Source: Alphaproteobacteria bacterium (GTDB taxonomy: Bacteria > Pseudomonadota > Alphaproteobacteria > MPNO01 > UBA830). Taken from it: a DNA stretch of 64,000 bases. Where the stretch lies: assembly GCA_964291215.2 (NCBI GenBank), contig OZ219790.1:96001-160000 (forward strand). Direction: 5' to 3'. Under the pieces are notes generated by a model. The model saw only the letters and a program-made list of their open reading frames with translations, ran no database searches and was not told the DNA's origin. Positions within the stretch are counted from its first letter, which is position 1. Each line of letters begins with the position of its first letter. The translations under genes were made by a program, and so were the position numbers. Shown piece after piece: positions 40,802-51,447 of this stretch.

Positions 40802-42095
40802 GGTACTGTAACTTGATGTCTGGAAATTTGTCTGAGGTTTGCGCTTTGAGGCGTTTCACTGGGGGGCTAGCCCCCCAGTGAAACGCGGCGCCATCGTGCT
40901 ATCCCATGGAGCTGTAAACATTCATGGAGGAAGCGAATGGAGCTGCGACACACTACGACGATTGAGGCCGTTTTGGAACATCTGATCGCAAACGGAGCAA
41001 CGGATCTGGGGCGGGTCTTTGGCCAGCTCTTCGAGCTTGCGATGCAAATCGAGCGTGAGCAGTACTTGAAAGCGGGCCACCGGACACCGGAGCGACAGGG
41101 CTATGCCAACGGCTACAAGCGGATCGACACCCCCCTGTTGCCGTTCAGGTGCCAAAGACGGCCGGTCACGGGGACAACCCGTTCTATCCCCAGTCGCTTG
41201 AACGCGGCCAGCGATCTTCTCGCGCCGTCATGCTGGCCGTAGCCGAGATGTACATCAAGGGTGTTTCCACGCGGCAAGATGTAATGCGCGAGTTCGGGAG
41301 CCTGTCCTCTTCTCAGGTCAGCCGGGCCACCAGGTTGCTCGATGAAGAACTCGCCGCCTGGCGCAACCGGCCCCTTGAGCTGATGAAATACCTGATCCTG
41401 GATGCGCGCTACGAAAAAGCCCGCCATGACGGCGTTGTGCGCGATGTTGCAGTGCTCTCGGCCATCGGAATAGGGGCCGACGAGCGCAGGCACGTTCTGG
41501 GGCTCTCTGTGGCGCTCTCCGAGGCCGAGGTCCATTGGAGAGCCTTCCTGGAAAGCTTGCTAGCCCGTGGCCTGCATGGTACGACCTTCATCGTCTCGGA
41601 TGACCATGCTGGGCTGAAAGCAGCACGACGCGCGGTGCTGGGCGCGGCGACATGGCAGCGCTGCCAGTTCCACTTGGCGCAAAACGCCGTGCAGCACGCA
41701 CCGAACAACGACATCAGGAAACGTATTGGAAAACAGCTCGGAGCCATGCGTCCTCACTCCAAACCGCCGAGGCTGAACTGGGCGCCCTCGTGGCCAGCTA
41801 TCGCGACAAGCATCCAAGCTTCGCAGACTGGCTGGAAAACAATGCGGGGCTCGCTGTCTTCACCTTGCCCGATGCTCACCACAAACGTATGCGAACCTCG
41901 AACGGCATCGAGCTCCAGCAAGAGCTCAAGCGGCGCACCTCCAAAGTCAGGGTCTTTCCGAACCTCGCCTCGTTGGAGCGCCTCTCAACCGCGGTCCTCA
42001 TCGACGAAAAATGGGAAACCGAAACCAAGATCAAATGGGAACAGCTCGATGACTGAGAGCTTCACGACAATTTCCAGACATCAGGTTGCGTAATC
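40802..42095 (+). mobile_element. IS256-family copy C, frameshifted, no matching TSD
   Basis: Both IRs present; flanks differ (IS1634 remnant on left, Fic-like tail on right), implying adjacent deletion or recombination. Confidence 0.92.
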
Positions 42096-42260
42096 CTATC
42101 CTTGGACCGTGATCCCTGTCGAGCGTCGCAACGACTATATGGTCGCCCTCGAGCAGGCGAGCGTCTATCAGAATATCTCTCCCTTCACGAACTTTGTAGG
42201 GGGAGCTTGTCAATGACGGGCTCCGGGGCAGACCGGTGGCGAAAGTGCCAGAAGAGCACC
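42096..42260 (+). pseudogene. Fic-family protein 3' remnant
   Basis: YPWTVIPVERRNDYMVALEQAS...ISPFTNFV resembles the segment following the Fic catalytic motif. End approximate. Confidence 0.55.
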
Positions 42261-42424
42261 GGACAAAGCAGCAACGGGAGGCAGGTCCGGGGCGGGAAGG
42301 AAGGGCTCAATGATCGCGCATATCCACGATCGGTTCGTAACCTTGCTAAGCCTCCGCATGCGGGCCATCATGGCCCCGTGTCCCGGGAAGTTGCAATCCC
42401 GGTTGGTCGATCAGGAAGTAATCC

Positions 42425-43216
42425 ATGCTCGTTGATAGCCATTGCCACCTTGACTTCGAGGTCTTCGACGACGATCGTGATGTCGTGATCGACCGGGCGC
42501 GGCAGGCGGGAGTAGGGACCCTGCTTACCATTTGCACCAAGGTGAGCCGGTTCAATGACATACTCGCGATCGCGACAGGCAGCGGAGAGGACATATGGTG
42601 TTCCGTCGGCATACACCCGCACCATACGGAAGAAGAGCCTGACATCGTCGCCAACGAACTTGTCTCTCGAAGCCGCCACCCGAAGGTCGTCGGCATCGGT
42701 GAAACCGGGCTGGACTATCACTATGACAACAGCCCGAGAAATATCCAGAAAAAGAGCTTTCGCGCTCACATAGCGGCAGCCCGCGAAAGCGGACTGCCGC
42801 TGATCGTTCACAATCGTGATTCCGACGGCGACATGACGCAGATACTAGAAGAGGAAATGACCGCTGGACAGTTCTCTGCAGTGCTGCATTGCTTTTCCTC
42901 GAGTCGCAAGCTCGCCGAGGCTGCGATTGATCTCGGCTTCTACGTCTCGTTCTCCGGGATACTGACTTTCAAGAACGCGGAGGAATTGCGAGATATCGCT
43001 GCGGACCTTCCGCTTGATCGTCTTCTCGTGGAAACCGATTCACCGTTCCTGGCGCCGGTGCCCAACCGCGGGCAACGCAACGAGCCGTCTTTTGTCGTCC
43101 ATACGGCCGCGGAACTGGCGCGGATACGAAATATGGAAATGGATGGGATAACAAGAATAACTACCGATAATTTCTACAGATTATTCGATAAGGTCCAGAG
43201 ACGTGCGACAGTTTGA
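42425..43216 (+). CDS. tatD: TatD-family deoxyribonuclease
   Basis: MLVDSHCHL, VGIHPH, GIGETGLDY, LHCFS, LVETDSPFLAP. Confidence 0.95.
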   Translation: MLVDSHCHLDFEVFDDDRDVVIDRARQAGVGTLLTICTKVSRFNDILAIATGSGEDIWCSVGIHPHHTEEEPDIVANELVSRSRHPKVVGIGETGLDYHYDNSPRNIQKKSFRAHIAAARESGLPLIVHNRDSDGDMTQILEEEMTAGQFSAVLHCFSSSRKLAEAAIDLGFYVSFSGILTFKNAEELRDIAADLPLDRLLVETDSPFLAPVPNRGQRNEPSFVVHTAAELARIRNMEMDGITRITTDNFYRLFDKVQRRATV

Positions 43217-43570
43217 GCCTGGCGGTAAAAGCCCTTTTATAATTCATAATATACATTATGCGACAATCTGGTTAGGCGTACACCGATTCGCCACGACGAT
43301 CCCATGCTGAATTCCGAGACGTGAAATCCAGGAGCACAATTTCCGCTTTCTTGCCAGGTTTTCCGGCTGCCCCTGCCGCGGCGACCCGTAGACGGCCCCG
43401 CGGCCAGAAAACCCGGCACAGGGTCGGGCCGCAGTCGGCAAGATCGAACGCAGCGTGGGAAAGTCCTGGTCGATTCGCCCCGCGGTCTTGCGCCGGATCG
43501 TGTTTTCAGGCAAGAGATTCGCTGGCGAACCATCAAGCCTTCCAGCTCAGCAGCGAACGGTTATCATCAG

Positions 43571-44383
43571 ATGTCATGCCGTGATACCACCGCTCTCGAA
43601 GACCTTCTGGATATGATGGCGCGTCTTCGCGACCCGAAGAGTGGATGTCCGTGGGACTGTGAACAGACCCTTGAGAGCCTCCTCCCCTACACCATCGAGG
43701 AAGCCTATGAGGTCGCGGACGCGATCGAACAACGCAATGCGGAACAGCTTGTGGCCGAACTCGGCGATCTTCTCTTCCACATCGTGTTCTATGCGCAGAT
43801 ACTCAGCGAGCGTGGCGACGCCGATTTCCAGAAAATTGCCGACAGAATCACGCAAAAGATGCGCAAGCGGCATCCTCATGTCTTTGGAGACGTAAGACAT
43901 GCCGATGCCGCAGGCGTAGCCGGCGCATGGGAAGCAGGTAAATCCGATGAACGAAGGAAACGGGCGCGCCATGAAGGCCGCCGCGCCAGCGCGCTGGACG
44001 ATGTGGCACGGGCCCTTCCCGCCCTGCTCCGGGCACAGAAGATTCAGCAAAGAGCCGCCGGGGTGGGATTCGACTGGACAGACATCAAGCCGGTGATCGG
44101 CAAGGTCCGTGAGGAATTGGAAGAACTGGAGGCAGAGATTGATGCGGACGCTAGTTCGGCGAATACCGCAATTGAGGCCGGCGATTTGCTCTTCGCCTGC
44201 GTGAATCTTGCTCGCCACGCCGGCGTAGATGCCGAGGGCGCGCTACGGAACGCTACTGAGAAATTCGAGAACAGGTTTAGAGCGATCGAGAACATCCTGG
44301 CCGACGGGGGAAAGACGGTAGCTCAGAGCAGTCTTGAAGAAATGGATGCCCTTTGGTGCGGGATTAAGGCTGAAGAAAGTTAG
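43571..44383 (+). CDS. mazG: Nucleoside triphosphate pyrophosphohydrolase MazG
   Basis: LRDPKSGCPWD.EQT, EEAYEV.DAI, ELGDLL, RHPHVFG, GFDW. Confidence 0.95.
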   Translation: MSCRDTTALEDLLDMMARLRDPKSGCPWDCEQTLESLLPYTIEEAYEVADAIEQRNAEQLVAELGDLLFHIVFYAQILSERGDADFQKIADRITQKMRKRHPHVFGDVRHADAAGVAGAWEAGKSDERRKRARHEGRRASALDDVARALPALLRAQKIQQRAAGVGFDWTDIKPVIGKVREELEELEAEIDADASSANTAIEAGDLLFACVNLARHAGVDAEGALRNATEKFENRFRAIENILADGGKTVAQSSLEEMDALWCGIKAEES

Positions 44384-45631
44384 CTGCATTTTCTTACTTG
44401 GATATAAGGACTTTCTGTATTTCGGTATTGTCAGCTATTTGTAAGCGTTCGTTCATGCGGTGATAACGATCTGCGCTGAGGTTTTTTTGGTGATTGCAAA
44501 AAGGGAGTTAATAATTCGTGGACGCCCGGAAAAGTACATTTATTTAACTCCAATACCTAAATCGTGGTATGGGTGAGGCGAAGAATCCCGCTTTGGGGCG
44601 GGAAGTTGCTTACGACTGCGCCCTTAAACTTGGATGCATCTCTTGCCGTGCGACAGGCGGCGCTGCTAGATAAGTGCGACAAGCTCAGACATCAGAGCCA
44701 GCCAGACTGAAGGAGACGACCATTGCCGAGAAGCCGAAGCGGTCCGCGGGGCCGTCCTGTAGAGAAGCTACTGTCGGAGCCAATTGACGCCGCGCCGGAG
44801 GTGCCCTCGCGATCATGCAGCGCAAGCCGAAGGATGATTACGCCATGAATATCACTCGGCGGCGGAGCTTTTGGGATGTTCTCCTTGAAAAGCTGTTCAT
44901 CGCCCTTTTCGACGAAGGGATAAAAAATCCCGATGGATCCGTCGGCCGTTGGGTTATAAGAGTGATGGTCGCTTTGTTCAGTTTGTTTGTCGTCGTTGTC
45001 GTTTGTCTGCTCGGTTTCCTTGCCGTCATTCTCATTAAGGATTACGCAACCTGATGTCTGGAAATTGTCGTGAAGCTGATCGAGCTGTTCCCATTTGATC
45101 TTGGTTTCGGTTTCCCATTTTTCGTCGATGAGGACCGCGGTTGAGAGGCGCTCCAACGAGGCGAGGTTTGGAAAGACCCTGACTTTGGAGGTGCGCCGCT
45201 TGAGCTCTTGCTGGATCGGTCGCTCGATGCCGTTTGAGGTTCGCATACGCTTGCGGTGAGCATCGGGCAAGGTGAAGACAGCAAGCCCCGCATTCTTTTC
45301 CAGCCAGGAAGCCTGGATGCTTGTCGCTGGCCACGAGGGCGCCCAGTTCAGCCTCGGCGGTTTGGAGTGAGGAGGCATGGCTCCGAGCTGTTTTCCAATA
45401 CGTTTCCTGATGTCGTTGTTCGGTGCACGGCGTTTTGCGCCAAGTGGAACTGGCAGCGCTGCCACATCGCCGCGCCCAGCACCGCGCGTCGTGCTGCTTT
45501 CAGCCCAGCATGGTCATCCGAGACGATGAAGGTCGGTAACTGCCCAGGTCTGCTTCCGGCGATCAGCCACGGGTTATGGACTGAATCTTCCGGTCTGCTG
45601 CCGCGGACGCGGAGGCGAGCGGCGGGGGATT

Positions 45632-46970
45632 TCAGAGGCGCAGTCTCGGGATCAGCTGCATGGGATCGGGATGCGCCAGGGTTTCGAGGACATTCCAGCG
45701 TTGCTTTCGGGCTGTTGCGATGACGGAACGCAGGCTGGCGAAGTCGCGGGCGCCTTGCATTGATCGGAAGCCGCCCGAGATTTTCTGGCGCAGCTTGCCC
45801 ATGCGGAGGTCGCGCTCGGCCTGGTTGTTCGAGAAGGGGGTTCTCGGGTCGGTGAGGAAGCGCAGGCAGCCCTCCTTGTATTTCTGGAGCCGGAGGGCGA
45901 GGTTGTGACCGATGCGGCGCTTTTGTCGTCCGTGCTTTCCGCTCTGGAGGGGCGCCATCTCTTCGTGAGAGGCGATGGCCTGCTCAAGGATGCGGTCCCA
46001 GGCTCGGGAGATGCGGGCCACCAGTGAAGCGGGCAGGTCGCGGTCATTCTTGCGGGCGAAGCGGGCGGCTCTGTTGGCACGGCTGAGGAGCGGGTGCGTG
46101 GTGGCTGCCCAGTTCTCGATCTCGATCAGGGCTTGGAGTTCGCGCAGGTGATGGGCATTGCAGGCCCCGTGGCGCACGCCTTGGAGAGCGAAGTAGGTGG
46201 CGTAGTCGTCATGGATGACGATGCCGTTGAGCTTCTCGTCGATGTGGCTGCGCCCGGCGGCGATGCGCAGGATGGTCAGCAACGGGGTGCACAGTACGTG
46301 GAGCCATTGGGTCCGGGCGGCGATGCGGATGCCGGTCTCGTCGAGGTGTTTGACCGGGGCCGCGGTGCGGATGATCTCGCCGACACGGTCGAGGAAGCCC
46401 TCGAAGCGCCGGGCGGTGCGTCTGCCCATGGCGGCGATGGTGGCGGTTGAGAGCCTGACCGCGAAGAGGTCGCTCATGACTTCGGCGACGCGCTTCTCCG
46501 GAATGAACTGCGCGTGCAGCAGGTAGGTCACCCACGCGGTGATACGCGGCCCGTACTGGACCGGGGCGCCGTTCGGGAAGACGGCTGTCGTCACGGTGCC
46601 GCAGGCGGCACAGAGGCAGCGGTGCTCGGTGACCTCAAGGGGCTGCGGCACATCGAAGACCTGCCGGCAGACGGGGGCTCGGTGACGCTCAGCGGCCGAC
46701 AGCGGCGCGCCGCAGCCCGCACAGGCGCAGGGATCATGATCGACGATGTGGTCGGGCGTCGCGGTCCGCTCCAGAGTGGTTCCCTTGTGGCTGGCCGCCG
46801 CCTGTCGGACGTGCCGCTCCGGGTGCGCTGGGGTCCGCCCGCTCGCGCAAGTGGGCGTTCTCCCGCTCCAGCGCGTCGTTCTCCCTGACCAGCGCCGCGC
46901 TCAGGCGCAGCAGCCCCTGGCCCGGATGGCTTTGATGACCGTCATCGCCAGGCATTGTGGGGTGAAAAGG
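45632..46970 (-). pseudogene. IS66 TnpC transposase, 5' part frameshifted
   Basis: VQYGP, HLDETG, WLHV, CNAHHLREL, FSNNQAERDLRM.K.RQKISGGFRS; open only 45632-46651. 5' limit approximate. Confidence 0.88.
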
Positions 46971-47023
46971 TCCTGCAGGCACGCAAAAGCCTCGTCGTGG
47001 CCGGCGAGGTCCTCGCGCCACCG

Positions 47024-47683
47024 TCACGGGACCTCGACGGCCATGATCGCGGCCAGCACCGCCAGGCGTTCGCCCGCCGGCATGGCCTCGTAGAGCCGGC
47101 CCCAGTTGGCCGCCTTGCGCTTGATGCGCTGGCGGTCGGTGAAGTTCCGGCCGGCGAAGCGCGCCCAGTGCACCCGGTCGGGCGCGAAGTTGAACCACAC
47201 CACCTCGGTCCGCACCCGGGCCTGGGTCGTCACCTGCAGCGCCAGCCGGCGCCAGCCCGACAGCAGGTCGTCATAGAGCGCAGACGGGTGGCCCGAGACC
47301 ATCACCTGGCAGGGCAGACCCTTGAGCAGCTCAAGCAGCGCGACGTGGTCGGCCTCCGCATACTCGAAGCGGTAGCGCTGCGACGAACGCCGGGTCGCGT
47401 GCAGATAGGGCGGATCGCTGTAGACCAGCTCCGGGCCCAGAAACGCAAACGACGCCAGAAAGGAGTGGGCGCAGCCATGCACCAACTCCACCGGGTAGTC
47501 GCAGCCAAAGGCCTCAAGCGCCCGCTCATCGAGGTCGATCCCGATCGAGCGCACGGCAGCAGGCTTGCGCTTCATCAGCGCACCGCCCCCCAGGTGACTC
47601 TCGATATAGACAGAGTGCGGCGGCATCAGCGCAATCAGCGCCTGGCTCAGACCCGTCGTCGCCTTCGATCCGAAATACCCCAC
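47024..47683 (-). CDS. Dam-like (D12 class) DNA adenine methyltransferase
   Basis: GTG start with GGGAGGA RBS; YFGSK, ESHLGGG (motif I variant), GIDLD, YSDPPY (motif IV), VMVSG, RTEVVWFN; uninterrupted frame. Confidence 0.88.
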   Translation of the reverse strand: MGYFGSKATTGLSQALIALMPPHSVYIESHLGGGALMKRKPAAVRSIGIDLDERALEAFGCDYPVELVHGCAHSFLASFAFLGPELVYSDPPYLHATRRSSQRYRFEYAEADHVALLELLKGLPCQVMVSGHPSALYDDLLSGWRRLALQVTTQARVRTEVVWFNFAPDRVHWARFAGRNFTDRQRIKRKAANWGRLYEAMPAGERLAVLAAIMAVEVP

Positions 47684-48437
47684 CAGCCGCTCCTCCCATG
47701 CGAGAGGGCAACCCATAGGCGCGCGCGCCTATGCAGTCAAGGCCGAGAGCAGCGACACGGCGAACAAAATCAGCAAGCTCTCACACTTGGCAGGGTACCT
47801 GGGTAGTTACGAAGGTCGTACCATGCAGGGCTAGTAAGCTTTCCAGGAAGGCTCTCCAAATGGACCAGAGAGCCCCAGAACGTGCCTGCAGCCCCTATTC
47901 CGATGGCCGAGAGCACTGCGACATCGCGCACAACGCCGTCATGGCGGGCTTTTTCGTAGCGCGCATCCAGGATGTTGCGCCAGCTGGTGGCCCGGCTGAC
48001 CTGAGAAGAGGACAGGCTCCCGAACTCGCGCATTACATCCTGCCGCGTGGAAACACCCTTGATGTACATCTCGGCTACGGCGCGAGAAGATCGCTGGCCG
48101 CGTTCAAGCGACTGGGGATAGAACGGGTCGTCCCCGTGACCGGCCGTCTTTGGCACCTGAACGGTAACAGTGGGGGTGTCCGATCCGCTTGTAGCCGTTG
48201 GCATAGACCTGTCGCTCCGGTGTCCGGTGGCCCGCTTTCAAGTACTGCTCGCGCTCGATTTGCATCGCAAGCTCGAAGAGCTGGCCAAAGACCCGCCCCA
48301 GATCCGTTGCTCCGTTTGCGATCAGATGTTCCAAAACAGTCCCGATACATCAAGTTACAGTACCCCCCCCCCCCCCCCCGCCAGCGATCGTGCAGACGCT
48401 GCTTGATGCAGGCGCACGGCTCGACGCGCGGACTAAA

Positions 48438-51255
48438 CCGAAGTTCCAGATCCGATCAGACGTAAGTGCCTGATAGAAGTGACATTCGATACATTTCAGC
48501 GGTCTCGGTACACTATGGCTTCACGCCCAGGAGCTTGAATGCCCTTCTCTGGAGCGGCGTGGGCCATGTGGTGACCTGGAAGGGCTCGGCGCCCGCAAGG
48601 CGGGGCGCCACGGTGTTGCGGGTGGCAAGATCGCCGATGAGGGTGCGGAAGCTGTGCCCCCTCCGGGCGTCCTCTTCGTTGTCGCCTTGGCCCGGGCGCT
48701 CGCCGAGACTTCTGCCGGCGCCACGACGGAAGACCGCCTTCGGCATCCTCGTCGTCGAACAGCATGGGCTTCAGTCGCATGTGCCATGTAGTAGGCGAGC
48801 ATGCACAGGAAGACGCGGACTCGGGGTTCGGGTAGACGGGACGGACCTTCAGGTCCTTGAGGCTGCGGAAGGCCCGTTCCACGGAGCTCAGCCGCTTGTA
48901 GGCGCGCGGGACCGTCGAGCTCGCTCTGCGGCAGGCGGACCACGTAGAGGAGCCTCGGCGGCGATGGCAGCCTCATCACGCCCATAGGTGAAGACACCGT
49001 CATCGTCGATGGACCACGTGAAGTGCTTCGCCATCCTGCCGATGACCTTCCGCTCCCCGATCTTCCCGGCACCCTTGAGGCGACGCTTGTCGCGTCGCTG
49101 CGGCAATCGGTGCGAGCCTCGGTGGCCTCGAGCAGTTCCTGGCGCTTGCGGGCCCGATCCAGCAGCGGGTTGCGGCAGAGGCGTTCGCCGGGATACGCAT
49201 CGCTGGTGATCTCCACCAGGTCTCTCTCGTCGAAGAGCGACATCGTCGCCGGCCTCCACCAGTGAACGGATGCCCCTCAAGGCGCTGGCCCGCAGGCTTG
49301 ACCTCCTCGCGGGCCTCGGTCCCCCACCACCTTCGCAAAGGAGAACCGCTCCCGCAGCGTGGCGATCTGTGAGGACACCGTGGCCGGGTGTTGCCGGGGA
49401 ACACCCGCACCGACACCCGTCCCGGTCGCACAGAAGGCCGACTGCAGCTTGCCCTTCTTGCCATCCCGGGAATGACCCCGTTGGGCCAAGGGGCATGCTC
49501 TCCCCTCCATCCACACGGAAGTCAGGAGCACCAGGCAGCCCTCTTCGAGGTGCCGCCAGGGGATCCTCTCCTGACGTTCCAGGAGCCGTAGAGGGCATTC
49601 TCGTCCAACTCCGCATCTCACCCAAGGTGCTGACCGCTGTCGCCAGCCCCCTGGCCAGCTTCGAGGCGGGCTCAAGGATGCGTGCCACGATCATGGCGAG
49701 AACCTGATCGCGCTCGGGAGAAGGCTTCGGGTCGATCCGCCGGTCCAGTTTCTTCAGGGTTTCCAGCACCGCGGCGACATGGGGAAGAGAGCGGACGAGG
49801 CGTCGTTGAGACCTGCGGTTCCTCCCTTGAGCAGAATGCGCAATTCCTCGATGGAGAGCGGTACTGTAACTTGATGTCTGGAAATTTGTCTGAGGTTTGC
49901 GCTTTAAGGCGTTTCACTGGGGGGCTAGCCCCCCAGTGAAACGCGGCGCCATCGTGCTATCCCATGGAGTTGCAAAACATTCATGGAGGAAGCGAATGGA
50001 CCTGCGACACACTACGACGATCGGGACTGTTTTGGAACATCTGATCGCAAACGGAGCAACGGATCTGGGGCGGGTCTTTGGCCAGCTCTTCGAGCTTGCG
50101 ATGCAAATCGAGCGCGAGCAGTACTTGAAAGCGGGCCACCGGATACCGGAGCGACAGGGCTATGCCAACGGCTACAAGCGGATCGACACCCCCACTGTTA
50201 CCGTTCAGGTGCCAAACGGTCACGGGGACGACCCCCCAGTCGCTTGAACGCGGCCAGCGATCTTCTCGCGCCGTGGCCGTAGCCGAGATGTACATCAAGG
50301 GTGTTTCCACGCGGCAAGCCGATCCTCTTCTCAGGTCAGCCGGGCCACCAGGACGGCGTTGTGCGCGATGTTGCAGTGCTCTCGGCCATCGGAATAGGGG
50401 CTGCAGGCACGTTCTGGGGCTCTCTGTGGCGCTCTCCGAGGCCGAGGTCCATTAGAGAGCCTTCCTGGAAAGCTTGCTAGCCCTGCATGGTACGACCTTC
50501 ATCGTCTCGGATGACCATGCCGGGTTGAAAGCGGCACGACGCGCGGTGCTGGGCGCGGCGACATGGCAGCGCTACCAATTCCACCTGGCGCAAAACGCCG
50601 TGCACCGAACAACGACATCAGGAAACGTATTGGAAAACAGCTCGGAGCCATGCGTCATCACTCCAAACCGCCGAGGCCGAACTGGGCGCCCTCGTGGCCA
50701 GCGACAAGCATCCAGGCTTCCTGGATGGAAAAGAATGCGGGGCTCGCTGTCTTCACCTTGCCCGATGCTCACCGCAAGCGCATGCGAACCTCGAACGGCA
50801 TCGAGCGACCGATCCAGCAAGAACTCAAGCGGCGCACCTCCAAAATCAGGGTCTTTCCGAACCTCGCCTCGTTGGAGCGCCTCTCAACCGCGGTCCTCAT
50901 CGACGAAAAATGGGAAACCGAAACCAAGATCAAATGGGAACAGCTCGATGACTGAGAGCTTCACGACAATTTCCAGACATCAGGTTGCGTAATCATGAGA
51001 GCGGGCTTGGAAAGGTTGGCGAGGGTGCGCTTCTTGACCGTTCCGGCTTCGCGGCAGGACTCGCGGAGCAGGATGGCGGGCGGGGACGAGCGGTTGGGGA
51101 TGGATTCGATATACATGGCTATAGGCGGCAAATCCATGGATGTCAAGCATCTAACACAATATTACATGGGTACAATCTGACGCACGAAAAATCCGATAAC
51201 CACGCTGCATCAATGACTTGGCGTGCATTTCAACCGGAATTTTCTGGAACTTCGG
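48438..51255 (-). mobile_element. IS1634-family element (decayed), split by IS256 copy E
   Basis: IRs CCGAAGTTCCAGA / TCTGGAACTTCGG; 6-bp TSD ACTAAA (48432-48437, 51256-51261); N-terminus MYIESIPNRSSPPAILLRES, C-terminus ERAFRSLK...LQRRAFKLLGV. Confidence 0.9.
49860..50994 (+). mobile_element. IS256-family copy E (heavily deleted)
   Basis: Both IRs; near-perfect TSD ATGGAGAGC / ATGAGAGC. Confidence 0.9.
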
Positions 51256-51447
51256 ACTAAATCGGGGGGCCCCCTGCACTCGGCGGCGGGGCGCAGCAAG
51301 ACGCCTGCGGTCGTACAGACGCTGCTCGACGCAGGCGCACGGCTCGACGCGCGAGATAAAATCGGGCGGACACCCCTGCACTGGAACGATGGCCGATTCA
51401 AGTAGGCCGGAAGTCGGACATCAAGACGACGAACGCTTACAGCTATT

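Larger units (their letters stand above)
45536..47810 (-). mobile_element. IS66-family element (TnpC only) with methyltransferase passenger gene
   Basis: IRs GTAACTGCCCAGG / CCTGGGTAGTTAC; 8-bp TSD GAAGGTCG (45528-45535, 47811-47818). Confidence 0.93.
45040..48364 (-). mobile_element. IS256-family copy D, split by the IS66-MTase element
   Basis: 3' half 45040-45535 and 5' half 47811-48364; 5' region internally deleted. Confidence 0.88.
48380..51405 (+). pseudogene. Ankyrin-repeat gene remnant, split by IS1634 (pieces 48380-48437 and 51256-51405)
   Basis: Rejoined across the TSD: PAIVQTLLDAGARLDARTK-SGGPLHSAAGRSKTPAVVQTLLDAGARLDARDKIGRTPLHW. Confidence 0.82.
44441..51440. mobile_element. Non-autonomous IS66-ended cassette (7.0 kb including nested IS)
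   Basis: Ends GTAAGCGTTCGT.. / ..ACGAACGCTTAC; 8-bp TSD AGCTATTT at 44433-44440 and 51441-51448. Confidence 0.88.

Noticed and set aside
43217-43570. Expected MBL-fold hydrolase between tatD and mazG
   Set aside because: No recognisable remnant; absence alone is ordinary variation.
44580-44612. GAATCCCGCTTTGGGGCGGGAAG hairpin resembling an IS200/IS605 right end
   Set aside because: Too short and degenerate; no tnpA or tnpB sequence nearby.
48363-48379. 17-C homopolymer as a phase-variable tract
   Set aside because: Lies at a deletion junction between an IS end and a pseudogene; more likely a scar or sequencing artefact.
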